A DNA stretch of 63,976 nt, counting the filler, from a bacterium (lineage in GTDB: Bacteria > JALSQH01), in assembly GCA_027004335.1 (NCBI GenBank). It is 9 parts of 9 records of this genome, joined end to end, with 100 filler letters (N's around TTAATTAATTAA, not from the genome) between each part and the next. Parts side by side here need not be neighbours in the genome. Positions count along the whole stretch, not along the records: positions 47,014 to 51,249 come from JALTID010000075.1; positions 51,350 to 55,527 come from JALTID010000076.1; positions 55,628 to 59,804 come from JALTID010000077.1; 6 more parts are not named here. One strand, given 5' to 3'. The notes beneath the pieces are model-generated. The model had not been told where the DNA came from. It was given only the letters and a program-made list of their open reading frames with translations, and did no database searches. This document shows, piece after piece, positions 50,223 to 59,904 of this stretch; within the stretch, counting starts at the first letter, position 1; the number at the start of each line of letters is the position of its first letter. A program made the position numbers and the translations under genes.

Positions 50223-51249
50223 ATTTCAGGATTATTCTGGCATCTACGGCGACAACGCCTTTTCCTTCAGGAAGCGCAAAAAGAGGATTTATATCTAATT
50301 CCTTTATCTGAGGGAACTTTTCCACAAGCTTTGCGATTCTCAGAATGCTCTTTTTTACTGCTTCAATGTCTGCTCTGGGTTCATCCCTGAATGCTTCTAA
50401 CATGTTATATCCTTTTATATTTTTTATCATAAATTCAGCCCATTTCTCTCCGATAGGTACCGCACCAAAACTTACATCTTTAAAAATTTCTACCATTATT
50501 CCACCAAGTCCAAAAAGAACAATATGGCCGAAGAGTTCATTCTCAATGGCCCCAATGATTAATTCTCTCTTGCTTTTAATCATCTCCTGAAGAAGTATCC
50601 CTTTGTATGGGATTCCCAGTTGTTCGGCATTTTCAGTTAGTTCTTTGAATCTCCTTCTCAGCCCCTCTTCAGATTTAATATTGAGTGCCACTCCACCTAC
50701 TTCCGTTTTATGAATACCTTCAGTTGAAACAATTTTCATTGCTAAGGGAAAATTCACTTTATCTTTGTAAGAAAGTGGATCACCATCTTTGGGAATGAAG
50801 TGATACGGTGCAACTTGTACCCCAGCTGCTTCCACGATCTGAAGAGATTCAACAAGGTCCAAGGTTTTCTTTCCCTTAATAATCCTTTCCGCTTTTTCCT
50901 CGTCTATTTCCTCAGGATTTAATGTAGAAAGAAATTCAGGCCTGTAAAGGTTATAATCTCTGCTTATGGAAAGTGCTCTCAGAGCATCTCCAGGTTCATC
51001 AAATATGGGGAAATCATACATTTTTTTCACGGTGGCAACTTCGTCTTGGGTACTGAAAATTACCAGTGCGATTGGTTTTTGGTATTTTTCTACAATGCTT
51101 TTTATTTTGGGTACAAGAGGCCTGGAAATACCTGCCTGAGTTGAAGAATAGATATGTAAAAATACAAGTGCGTCAATATTTGTTTCTTTCAGAGTTTGTT
51201 CAATGATTGCTGTATAGAGGTTGAAGTCAAACATATCTCCTAAGTCAAG
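50221..51249 (-). CDS. ADP-forming acyl-CoA synthetase (acetate-CoA ligase), C-terminal ATP-grasp part (5' truncated)
   Basis: FPLAMKIVS...HKTEVGGV, FG....FGLGGI.VE..KDV, ELDINPL, AVDARI. Confidence 0.88.
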   Translation of the reverse strand, partial: LDLGDMFDFNLYTAIIEQTLKETNIDALVFLHIYSSTQAGISRPLVPKIKSIVEKYQKPIALVIFSTQDEVATVKKMYDFPIFDEPGDALRALSISRDYNLYRPEFLSTLNPEEIDEEKAERIIKGKKTLDLVESLQIVEAAGVQVAPYHFIPKDGDPLSYKDKVNFPLAMKIVSTEGIHKTEVGGVALNIKSEEGLRRRFKELTENAEQLGIPYKGILLQEMIKSKRELIIGAIENELFGHIVLFGLGGIMVEIFKDVSFGAVPIGEKWAEFMIKNIKGYNMLEAFRDEPRADIEAVKKSILRIAKLVEKFPQIKELDINPLFALPEGKGVVAVDARIILK

Positions 51250-51349
51250 NNNNNNNNNNNNNNNNNNNNNNNNNNNNNNNNNNNNNNNNNNNNTTAATTA
51301 ATTAANNNNNNNNNNNNNNNNNNNNNNNNNNNNNNNNNNNNNNNNNNNN
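51250..51349. other. Artificial contig spacer
   Basis: N44-TTAATTAATTAA-N44. Confidence 0.98.
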
Positions 51350-51350
51350 C

Positions 51351-51485
51351 GCCTTAGTCATCAAACAGTTGAAGGCGTTCAAAGCCATAGGCTTTAAGAT
51401 AGCCATTGATGATTTTGGTGTAGAGAACTCCAACTTCAGCCGCCTTCTGGAGATCGATTTTGATTATATCAAACTGGTGATATGA
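51351..51485 (+). pseudogene. EAL-domain fragment ending prematurely
   Basis: [31 protein letters not shown], with the stop right after the IK(I/L)D position. Confidence 0.65.
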
Positions 51486-51880
51486 TTTCAAGAATCGGAA
51501 AAAAAGCATTTTCTCTTCTTTTACTTACCTGAAAAAATTATCCCTGCTAAAATATAATAAAAATAATATTTAGCAGGGTTAAAGTGTATATAGAAAGAAA
51601 AATAGAAGGAAAAGGTTAAAACTCCCGGTAAATCCCTCTACAGCTTTGTGGAAAAGTACAATCCTTTTAGGTGCTATCTATTTCACGGGGGAGCACCTGA
51701 AGTCTTCTCCTTTAGAGGAAGTGAATGTTTCTTTTTACCTCTCTATTGGGTGAATTGGATGTTTGATAAGGAATAGGATTCTTTGGTTGAATTTATTCTT
51801 TCTGCCAGATTATTATATTCTTTGTCCAGATTTTCTGCTAAAATATGAAAAAATGAATTTCTTTCTCCTGGAGGAGAGTT

Positions 51881-53230
51881 ATGGAGAGGAGTAATTTCAT
51901 TGAAAGATGGGGAATTCGTTTTTCTGCCTGGGTGGAACGGTGGATGCCTGATCCCTTTTTATTTGCTATTATTCTCACATTTTTAACTTTTATTCTGGCG
52001 TATTTTCTTACTGCCAGCGGTTTCTTAAGTCTTGTTGATTACTGGTATAAGGGATTCTGGACTCTGCTGACATTTGGAATGCAGATGGTCATTATTCTTG
52101 CTACAGGTTATGTGATAGCTAATCATCCCAGGGTACAGAACTGGTTAAAGAAGCTCTCTTCAATTCCCTCCAGTGGAAAACAGGCAGCTCTTCTTGTTGC
52201 TGCTACCAGTATGATTTTTGCATGGATAAACTGGGGGCTGGGGCTTGTTCTTGGAGCATTTGCAGCTAAATTTACAGGGGAAGCAATGGAGGAGAAGGGT
52301 GTGAGAGTTCATTATCCTGTGCTTGTTGCTGCTGGTTACTCGGGGCTTGGTATGATCTGGCACTTTGGACTTTCTGCATCTGCTCCCCTTCTTTCAGCCA
52401 CAAAGGGGCATTTTTTAGAAAAACTAATAGGGATTGTTCCCGTTAATCAGACTATTTTTTCATCATATGGCATTATACTCAGTGTAACTTCACTTATTTT
52501 TGTACTGATGGTTTTCTATTTAATTACGCCTCCAGATAGTGATGAGAATTTGCCTGCCTCACTTTTTTTGAAAGAAGAGACTCCATCTTCTGTTGAAGAA
52601 GAGGAGGTTGCCACTCCAGCTGAAAAAATTGAGAGGAGCCGTGTAATAGGGGGACTTGTTGCTCTTCTGGGAATTATATTTATTGTGAGGTATTTTCTTA
52701 AGGGTAACGGACTTAACCTCAATATTGTGAATTTCACATTTCTAATGGTTGGTATTTTAATATATCTTAGACCCATAAAGTATCTAAAAGCGTTTTATAG
52801 TGCAGTTCCTTCAACAGCAGGAATAATTCTTCAATTTCCTTTCTATGCAGGTATTATGGGGATAATCAGGTATTCAGGTCTCGGTGATATTATTGCAAAA
52901 TGGCTGATAAGTGTCTCAAATCACGCACTTTTCCCTGTAACTACATGGTTTGTGGCTGGGATCGTAAATATATTTGTCCCATCTGGTGGAGGGGAATGGG
53001 CGGTGGTAGGTGATACAATTGTTAGAGCAGCAAATTATCTTCATGTCCCCATTGGGAAGGTTATTATGGCATATGCAGCGGGGGATCAATGGACAAATCT
53101 CTTCCAGCCCTTCTGGGCAATTCCTCTTCTGGGGATCTGTCAGATCAGTGCAAGAAAAATTTTTGGATACACCATTGCCCTGATGCTTCTTGCCATCCCA
53201 TTTTATATTGTAATGCTTCTAATTGCCTGA
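51881..53230 (+). CDS. atoE: Short-chain fatty acid transporter (AtoE family)
   Basis: MPDPF.FA, L.F.MQM, QFPFYAGI.G, FVPSGGG.W, GD.WTN..QPFWA.P. Confidence 0.9.
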   Translation: MERSNFIERWGIRFSAWVERWMPDPFLFAIILTFLTFILAYFLTASGFLSLVDYWYKGFWTLLTFGMQMVIILATGYVIANHPRVQNWLKKLSSIPSSGKQAALLVAATSMIFAWINWGLGLVLGAFAAKFTGEAMEEKGVRVHYPVLVAAGYSGLGMIWHFGLSASAPLLSATKGHFLEKLIGIVPVNQTIFSSYGIILSVTSLIFVLMVFYLITPPDSDENLPASLFLKEETPSSVEEEEVATPAEKIERSRVIGGLVALLGIIFIVRYFLKGNGLNLNIVNFTFLMVGILIYLRPIKYLKAFYSAVPSTAGIILQFPFYAGIMGIIRYSGLGDIIAKWLISVSNHALFPVTTWFVAGIVNIFVPSGGGEWAVVGDTIVRAANYLHVPIGKVIMAYAAGDQWTNLFQPFWAIPLLGICQISARKIFGYTIALMLLAIPFYIVMLLIA

Positions 53231-53299
53231 AAGAAAAGTTGTTTTTTAGTCAGCGTTGCTTCATGAAATTATTTTTTTGTGGTAAAATAAAAATAAGTT

Positions 53300-53671
53300 A
53301 TGAGAAAACCACAGAGAATTATTGCTACAGGTTTTGCCTCTCCTGCTGATGATTTCCTTGAGAGACCCCTGGATCTGAACCAGCTGATTGTGAAAAATAG
53401 AACGGCAACTTTCTTCTTCAGATATGAGGGAGATGAGTTTAAACTGCGGGGAATCAAAGAGGGAAATATCCTTGTGGTAGATAGATCTATTAAGCCTGCC
53501 TCCGGTCAGCTTGCAGTGATTGTATGTGGTGGAGATTTTCTCCTTAGAGAGTTAAAGTTCAAAGGTAAAAAACTCCATCTTCTTTCAGATGATGCGGTGG
53601 AGGACCCTGCCCTATGTGGCGATTTTGAGATATGGGGAATTGTAACCTATGTAATAAGAAAAGAGTTATGA
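53300..53671 (+). CDS. umuD: UmuD-like S24 family protein lacking the catalytic Ser/Lys dyad
   Basis: GFASPADD...LDLNQL, ATFF, VVDRS, WGIVT.VI. GDEF replaces GDSM and LLRE replaces TVKK. Confidence 0.85.
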   Translation: MRKPQRIIATGFASPADDFLERPLDLNQLIVKNRTATFFFRYEGDEFKLRGIKEGNILVVDRSIKPASGQLAVIVCGGDFLLRELKFKGKKLHLLSDDAVEDPALCGDFEIWGIVTYVIRKEL

Positions 53672-54924
53672 AGCTCTTTGCTCTGGTTGATTGTAACAAT
53701 TTTTACGCTTCATGCGAAACGGTTTTTAATCCATCTCTGCGGGGTAAGCCCCTGGTGGTTCTTTCCAACAATGATGGATGTGTAATATCAAGGTCTCCTG
53801 AGGCAAAGAGAATGGGTATAAAAATGGGACAACCATTTTTTGAAATAAAGAAATTAGTAGAAGATGGTAAATTATTTGCCCTCTCTGCAAATTTTACTCT
53901 CTATGGTGACCTATCCCGTAGGGTTATGGAGACTCTTTTTTCCATCAGTCCAAAGGTGGAGGTTTATTCCATTGATGAGGCTTTCCTATACCTTGAAGGT
54001 CTCCCTGTGACAGATTATGAAAAGTATGGAAAATTTATAAAGGAGAAGGTTTATAGATGGACCGGGATCCCCGTGGCAGTGGGAATAGCTCCCACCAAAA
54101 CCCTTGCGAAAGCTGCCACATATATTGCCAAGAGGGAGAGTGAAGAGGGTGTGATATATATTGCACCGGGGGAGGATTTTTCCACCTATCTTAAAAAATT
54201 ACCCGTAGAGGATGTGTGGGGTATTGGAAGGAATTATTCTAAGTTTTTGAAATCCAAGGGGATAAAAACAGCCTATGATTTCACCCTTATACCCGAGGAT
54301 TGGGTGGGGAGGTATATGAAGATAAATGGATTGAGGACCCTGCTGGAGCTCAGAGGGAAACCTGCAATCCCAGCTGAGACCGGGGGCAACAGGCACTCTT
54401 TTATAACTTCCCGAACCTTTGGTACCCCTGTGGAGAAGTTTGAGGATCTCTGGAGTGCTGTTTCCACTTTTGTCTCCCTTGCTGGTGAGAGAATGAGGGA
54501 GGAAGAGTACTATGCAACCTCTATTTCAGTTTTTATCTCAGGGGGTACCTTTTCCAATCCCTTTTTTATGCAGGAGTCGGAGATTCTTTCCTCTCCAACT
54601 GATTTTACTCCTGAGCTGATAGATGCAGCGAGAAGGATACTTGAGAGGATTTTCAAAAAGGGGAAAGAGTATAAAAAGGCAGGGATCCTTCTTGGAGGGT
54701 TGATAATGAAGAAAAATTTTCAGTTTGAGCTTTTTACCCCCACCGAGGTAGTAAGAAAAAAAGAATCCCTTATGGAAGCTGTAGACAGAATAAATACCCG
54801 GTATGGCAAGGATGCTGTTTATTTTGCTTCTTCAAAGATCTCTTTTAGATGGCATTCAGTGCAGAAGAAGCTGTCCAGAAAATTTACCACTTCATGGGCT
54901 GAGTTACCTGTGGTGAAGGGATAA
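53668..54924 (+). CDS. umuC: Y-family DNA polymerase V subunit UmuC
   Basis: DCNNFYASCE, SNNDG, YSIDE, PTKTLAK, VWGIG, DUF4113-like tail (LS.KFTT.W.ELP.V). ATGA overlap with umuD. Confidence 0.93.
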   Translation: MKLFALVDCNNFYASCETVFNPSLRGKPLVVLSNNDGCVISRSPEAKRMGIKMGQPFFEIKKLVEDGKLFALSANFTLYGDLSRRVMETLFSISPKVEVYSIDEAFLYLEGLPVTDYEKYGKFIKEKVYRWTGIPVAVGIAPTKTLAKAATYIAKRESEEGVIYIAPGEDFSTYLKKLPVEDVWGIGRNYSKFLKSKGIKTAYDFTLIPEDWVGRYMKINGLRTLLELRGKPAIPAETGGNRHSFITSRTFGTPVEKFEDLWSAVSTFVSLAGERMREEEYYATSISVFISGGTFSNPFFMQESEILSSPTDFTPELIDAARRILERIFKKGKEYKKAGILLGGLIMKKNFQFELFTPTEVVRKKESLMEAVDRINTRYGKDAVYFASSKISFRWHSVQKKLSRKFTTSWAELPVVKG

Positions 54925-55079
54925 ACTATTTTACAATCAACAACATAGCTTGTCGGGGTAGAAAACTGTGCGAATCTAAAAGGGCTATTCAATTAAATTA
55001 TGGATATTCATGGCGCCCGGTGCATTTGCATGGTCACATGTATGGCTTGGTCATAGATCCTCACTGTTATAACAACAAA

Positions 55080-55101
55080 GGGCAGGGATATAACCCTGCC
55101 C
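55080..55101. repeat. GC-rich hairpin, REP-like
   Basis: GGGCAGGG-ATATAA-CCCTGCCC, a perfect 8-bp stem with no U-tract. Confidence 0.4.
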
Positions 55102-55371
55102 AAACGCAGCTTTTGAAGGTTGCCCCAAAAGAAGATTTAATCCCTGTTAATACGAGCTATAACTAATTCCGTCATTCTAAAAAGTTTACTCCATAGAGTC
55201 ATTGTGGTGGGTCCCTGCGCCGCATTCTTGGTGGTTTTTCTTGGCTAGATAGCGCTTATTTAGCGAAAAATAACTTATTTTCTTATATTTAGATAAAAAG
55301 AGCATAAATCTTGACAAATAGAAGAACTTTAGATATAGTATAAATTATGAAATTTTTGGGAGGGTAAAGCA

Positions 55372-55527
55372 ATGAAGATCTTAGCAAAATTTTTATTTCT
55401 TTTTTTTCTGACCCCTTTTCTCTTGATAGGTGGAGAAATTTATTTAGGGGGTCTTTTTGATCTTTCTGGTCCTACTGCTTCTGTGGGAAAGCCATATTTT
55501 TATGGAGTGAGGGATTATCTCAGGTAT
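55372..55527 (+). CDS. Branched-chain amino acid ABC substrate-binding protein, N-terminal fragment
   Basis: Signal peptide followed by I.LGGLFDLSGPTA.VG. Confidence 0.7.
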
Positions 55528-55627
55528 NNNNNNNNNNNNNNNNNNNNNNNNNNNNNNNNNNNNNNNNNNNNTTAATTAATTAANNNNNNNNNNNNNNNNN
55601 NNNNNNNNNNNNNNNNNNNNNNNNNNN
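55528..55627. other. Artificial contig spacer
   Basis: N44-TTAATTAATTAA-N44. Confidence 0.98.
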
Positions 55628-55748
<121 letters not shown>

Positions 55749-56279
55749 CTACCTTATATTTAAATTTTCCCACACTCCCCTGTTTAGAATCACAGGTTCC
55801 TCTATTTCAATTTTACCACTTTTTCCTCCCGATTTGTAAATCAATTTTACTTCCTCTATTACTGCTGCTCTTTCCACAGATTTTACCATATCATAAATTG
55901 TGAGGGCGGCAATTGAGACAGCAATTAAAGCTTCCATCTCTACACCTGTTTTCCAGAGATTTTTTGCCATTGCTTCAATATAAATAAGTCCTTCCTCCTT
56001 CTCATTTTCAACCCAGAAAATTATATCAACCTGATCTATGGGTATAGGATGACACATCGGAATGAGGAGAGAAGTCTTTTTTCCTCCCATGATCCCTGCA
56101 ATCCTGGCAGTTTCATACACATTCCCTTTGTTGATATTTCCTTCTTCAATAAGCTTAAGAGTCTTGGAGCTGATCCTTACTCTTCCCCGAGCTATTGCAA
56201 CTCTCTCAGTTAGTTCCTTGGATGAAACATCTACCATTTTGCTTCTTCCATCCTCTATATGGGTGAGTTTCTTTTCCAT
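55749..56279 (-). CDS. moaC: Cyclic pyranopterin monophosphate synthase MoaC
   Basis: LTH, MVDVS.K, LIPMCHP, TGVEMEAL, LTIYDM.K, K.GGKSG. Confidence 0.96.
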   Translation of the reverse strand: MEKKLTHIEDGRSKMVDVSSKELTERVAIARGRVRISSKTLKLIEEGNINKGNVYETARIAGIMGGKKTSLLIPMCHPIPIDQVDIIFWVENEKEEGLIYIEAMAKNLWKTGVEMEALIAVSIAALTIYDMVKSVERAAVIEEVKLIYKSGGKSGKIEIEEPVILNRGVWENLNIR

Positions 56280-56281
56280 TT

Positions 56282-57709
56282 TTATCTCCTATAATCCATG
56301 ATTTTAATTTTTATTCTGTTTATCATATTAAGGACCTTAATCTGGTTTGCAAGACCTCCTATAATAAATCTTATATGTGAGACATCCGCAGGAAACTGAT
56401 TAAAAGTTGGATCCACAGGCACCCATGAGTTGAGGTATATTTCCACCCATGCATGATAGAAAAAGTATCCATCCTGATATACAACACCTGCAGCAAGTCT
56501 TGCCGGAATTCCGGCTGTGCGCATAAGGGCAGTTAAGAGTACCGCATGTTCATTGCAATCTCCCTTTTTCATTTTTAATACCTCTAAAGCTGAGGGCACG
56601 GAAATAACCGGCACTTTTTTGAGATAGTGGAACACCCAGTGAGTTAGATTTCTTGCCGTTTCAGTGATGGTAAACCCTCTGTTTTTCATAATTATTTTCT
56701 TAAAATGGGGGTCTCCAGTCTGAATAAATGGAGTTTCTTTTAGGTACCTTTTAATTCCAGGAAAAGGCTTTATTTTTTTTGTTTCAGGAATCTTCGCCAG
56801 ATTGATAAAAAGTATATCATCTTCAAGCCTCTGCACTCCACCGTCTAAATCAAAATCCTCCAGATTAATGCCTCTTAGTTTGTAAGTTGCTGATTTTACT
56901 CCTTCCGGGTTAAATTTCTTGTAGGAGGGAATTGCCACGGACCAGATTATGTTAACGATTTTTGCTGGCTTCAGAGCTTCCTCTTTTGTTACCCTTTTCA
57001 GGACGAAACCCCCCGATGATCTCTCCTCCAGAATCCCCACATCAGGGGAAACAATAGCCTCTTCTGATGTTGAGGCGTAATCAAAGTGAACTTTGTATGC
57101 CTTGATCACTGTGTTTATGAACCTATATGGGATTTCAGCTATCACTTTGATTTTACCAATTATTTCTTTCCCAAGGAGAGGATCATATATGGGAAAGGTG
57201 TATTTTTTACCAGGCTTAAGGAGCTTTTTATTAAGCAGCAGATAAACTGAATCTGGTAGATATGGAGGCTCAGGAGAGTTTAGTGATACTTCCTCTTTTC
57301 CTGCAGGAGTTGAAAGGGTTACCAGTAATTTTTTATCTTTGTGTACCCCTTTCCCTGAGAAGTTTACCCCTGAAGGAGTGGTTATGGAGAAAGAAAAAGA
57401 TATTATTCTAAAATCTTTTGATGTTTTCGCTCTGAGGTTGGAGTAGAGAATCTGGATTTTCCCAAGGGTGCTGAGTTTCAGGTACATGAAATCACTTATG
57501 AAAAACCCAGTAGATTGGGGTGATATGGTTAAATAAGAGTACCCTATTTTTTTCTCATTAAATAGAACTACCCACCATTGCTTTTGTGAAGAGATGTTCA
57601 CTGCTGCCGGGGTAAGAGTTGTTGTTGGAGGAAAAAAATAGAGAATTGCCACAGGTATCCAGCCAATGAACAGGATTAATTCTACAATTTTCTTGATTTT
57701 TCTTTCCAT
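56282..57709 (-). CDS. Membrane-anchored transglutaminase-like cysteine protease domain protein
   Basis: GDCNEHA, R..GIPAR, YHAW.E, W...DPT triad motifs. Confidence 0.85.
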   Translation of the reverse strand: MERKIKKIVELILFIGWIPVAILYFFPPTTTLTPAAVNISSQKQWWVVLFNEKKIGYSYLTISPQSTGFFISDFMYLKLSTLGKIQILYSNLRAKTSKDFRIISFSFSITTPSGVNFSGKGVHKDKKLLVTLSTPAGKEEVSLNSPEPPYLPDSVYLLLNKKLLKPGKKYTFPIYDPLLGKEIIGKIKVIAEIPYRFINTVIKAYKVHFDYASTSEEAIVSPDVGILEERSSGGFVLKRVTKEEALKPAKIVNIIWSVAIPSYKKFNPEGVKSATYKLRGINLEDFDLDGGVQRLEDDILFINLAKIPETKKIKPFPGIKRYLKETPFIQTGDPHFKKIIMKNRGFTITETARNLTHWVFHYLKKVPVISVPSALEVLKMKKGDCNEHAVLLTALMRTAGIPARLAAGVVYQDGYFFYHAWVEIYLNSWVPVDPTFNQFPADVSHIRFIIGGLANQIKVLNMINRIKIKIMDYRR

Positions 57710-58389
57710 TTCTTCACCTGTATTTTTTCTTCAGAAATTAGTGAGTAACTTCTTTGATTATCCCAGGATCCTATATTTATGCAGAATCTATTATGTAACC
57801 TGCACATTGAAGGGGTATGGGAATGGGCTGTAACGAGTATGTCGTACTCTGTTAGAGTTATTAGAATTTTTCTCCATCGGCAGTTGATTATATCCCCAGC
57901 CACTCTTGAATTGGCTCTGCTCTTATCACTCAATCTGAAGGCAATCTTTCTCAAAATTTTTACAGGAACAAGGGGACAGAAAATCGTTGCAAGAAAAGGG
58001 GAATGAAAGGCTGCCCTAATAAAGGGAAAGAGCGGGTTGAAAGAAGAGAGTTCATCCCCGTGGGTGAAGTAGAATTTTTTCCCTCTGGAGGTTATCAGCA
58101 CAAAACCTCTCCTGAAAATATCCACCTCGGGGATCCTGCCTCCGAATTCATGGTTACCTTCAATAAACACCACAGGAAACTTCTTTCCCAGAAGGGAGAG
58201 TCTTTCAATAACTTTTTCTATCTCAGGAGTGATATTTTTAATTGAATCACAGTAAAAATCGAAAATGTCTCCCATTAGCAGGAGAAGATCGGGGGAAGAT
58301 GCCTCCACTTTTTCAAGAAAAACCATAAGGTCTCTATAGGTCTTATTATCTTTTCTTATATGAGCATCAGCCACCACTACTATTTTCAT
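57682..58389 (-). CDS. lpxH: UDP-2,3-diacylglucosamine hydrolase (LpxH-like metallophosphoesterase)
   Basis: DAH, GDIFD, GNHE, HGD, AHSH, GSW. Confidence 0.75.
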   Translation of the reverse strand: MKIVVVADAHIRKDNKTYRDLMVFLEKVEASSPDLLLLMGDIFDFYCDSIKNITPEIEKVIERLSLLGKKFPVVFIEGNHEFGGRIPEVDIFRRGFVLITSRGKKFYFTHGDELSSFNPLFPFIRAAFHSPFLATIFCPLVPVKILRKIAFRLSDKSRANSRVAGDIINCRWRKILITLTEYDILVTAHSHTPSMCRLHNRFCINIGSWDNQRSYSLISEEKIQVKKWKEKSRKL

Positions 58390-59242
58390 TTAGGTACTCC
58401 CTGAGAAAACTTACTGTTGAGATAATATCAGCTTTCAAGCCTGTCCAGATTTCAAAAGATTTAACCCCCTGAGAGGCTAACATTGTAATTCCGTCCACAG
58501 TTTTTATTCCTCTTTTTCTGGCCTGTTTGATAAGGGGGGTCTCTGCTGGAAGATAAACAACATCTGCAATTATGGTGTTTCCTCTGTTCTGAAATTTCCA
58601 GCTGAGGGGAATTGTTTCTCCCTTCATTCCTAAAGGAGTAGCATTAACTATGATAGAAGAAGAGAGAAAAGTAGAAGTTTTCAACTTCTCCCATTTTTCC
58701 ACCGTTATTTTTATGTTAAATTTTGAGGATTGTTGTTTGAAGTAGCTAGAATATTTTCCGGGATCTCTTACAAACACGGTTATTTCTTTTACATTTCTTA
58801 AAATCGCTTCTCCTGCTATGCCTTTGGCAGCACCACCTCCTCCGAGAATATAAAGGGCTGTTTCCTGATATTTTATCTGGTGGGTCAGCTCCATCCCATC
58901 CCAGAAACCGGGCCCATCTGTATTGTAGGCATGAATTTTTCCATCTCTGTCTACAAGGGTATTTGCTGCTTCTGCTACTTCAACAAGAGAGCTTCTGAAA
59001 TCTGCAATTTTCACCACTGCCTCTTTATATGGAATGGTTACATTAAGTCCTTTTACCCCTGCCTCAAATAAGGCTCTAATCACATCTTCTATTCTGTCCT
59101 TTTTTTCTACAGGGAAGGGAACATATATCCAGTTCAAATTATATTTTTCAAAGAGGAAATTTTGAAAAATAGGGGATAAGGAGTATCTCACAGGATACCC
59201 AACAATTCCTGTCAAAGTTGTTTCACCAGTTATTTTTCTCAT
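58367..59242 (-). CDS. aroE: Shikimate dehydrogenase
   Basis: SLSP..QN, G.NVTIPYK, NTDG.G, NATPLGM, DG..ML..QG. Confidence 0.93.
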   Translation of the reverse strand: MRKITGETTLTGIVGYPVRYSLSPIFQNFLFEKYNLNWIYVPFPVEKKDRIEDVIRALFEAGVKGLNVTIPYKEAVVKIADFRSSLVEVAEAANTLVDRDGKIHAYNTDGPGFWDGMELTHQIKYQETALYILGGGGAAKGIAGEAILRNVKEITVFVRDPGKYSSYFKQQSSKFNIKITVEKWEKLKTSTFLSSSIIVNATPLGMKGETIPLSWKFQNRGNTIIADVVYLPAETPLIKQARKRGIKTVDGITMLASQGVKSFEIWTGLKADIISTVSFLREYLNENSSGG

Positions 59243-59804
59243 TTTCAAGGATCTCTTTTGCCCTTTTGATATCAGATTGAATTGTTTTTATTAATATTTC
59301 AGGAGAGGAGAATTTTTGCTCATCTCTGATCCTCTCTACAAAATGAAGTCTCACCTTCTCCCCATAGAGGTTTCCGTCAAAATAGAAAATATAAGTTTCA
59401 ATAGATATCTCATCTCTCATCTCAAAAGTGGGATTATAACCGAGATTGGTCACAGAGGGGAATTTATTACCTCTATGTTCAAAGAAGGTTGCATACACAC
59501 CTTTTAGAGGTGTCAATTCATTCTCTCTTTTGATATTTGCTGTGGGTATCCCAAGGGTTTTACCCCTCCCCTCTCCCTTAATTATTTTCCCGTCAATGAA
59601 GTAGTATCTTCCAAGTAGTTTTGAAGCTTTTCTTATATTCCCATTTAGGATATATTTTCTTATGGATGAGCTGCTTATTATCTCTCCATCAAGGGTAACA
59701 GGAGGAACTTTTTCCACTTTAAAATCGAATTTTTCTCCCAATTTTTCCAGAAGGTGAAAATCTCCAGACCCTCCTCTGCCAAATCTGAAATCAAAGCCAA
59801 TGTT
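59223..59804 (-). CDS. ribF: Bifunctional riboflavin kinase/FAD synthetase, C-terminal part (5' truncated)
   Basis: ISSS.IR, GRG.TLG.PTAN, GVYA, N.G.NPTF, IRDE.KF. Confidence 0.92.
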   Translation of the reverse strand, partial: NIGFDFRFGRGGSGDFHLLEKLGEKFDFKVEKVPPVTLDGEIISSSSIRKYILNGNIRKASKLLGRYYFIDGKIIKGEGRGKTLGIPTANIKRENELTPLKGVYATFFEHRGNKFPSVTNLGYNPTFEMRDEISIETYIFYFDGNLYGEKVRLHFVERIRDEQKFSSPEILIKTIQSDIKRAKEILENEKNNW

Positions 59805-59904
59805 NNNNNNNNNNNNNNNNNNNNNNNNNNNNNNNNNNNNNNNNNNNNTTAATTAATTAANNNNNNNNNNNNNNNNNNNNNNNNNNNNNNNNNNNNNNNN
59901 NNNN
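59805..59904. other. Artificial contig spacer
   Basis: N44-TTAATTAATTAA-N44. Confidence 0.98.

Noticed and set aside
47014-51249. iorAB-paaK-ACT with ADP-forming ligase as a novel pathway
   Set aside because: This is a well-known arrangement for aryl-pyruvate/aryl-acetate metabolism in anaerobes.
55060-55175. Integron attC site (TAAC...GTTA boxes)
   Set aside because: R-box complementarity is poor, and no L boxes, integrase or cassette array are visible.
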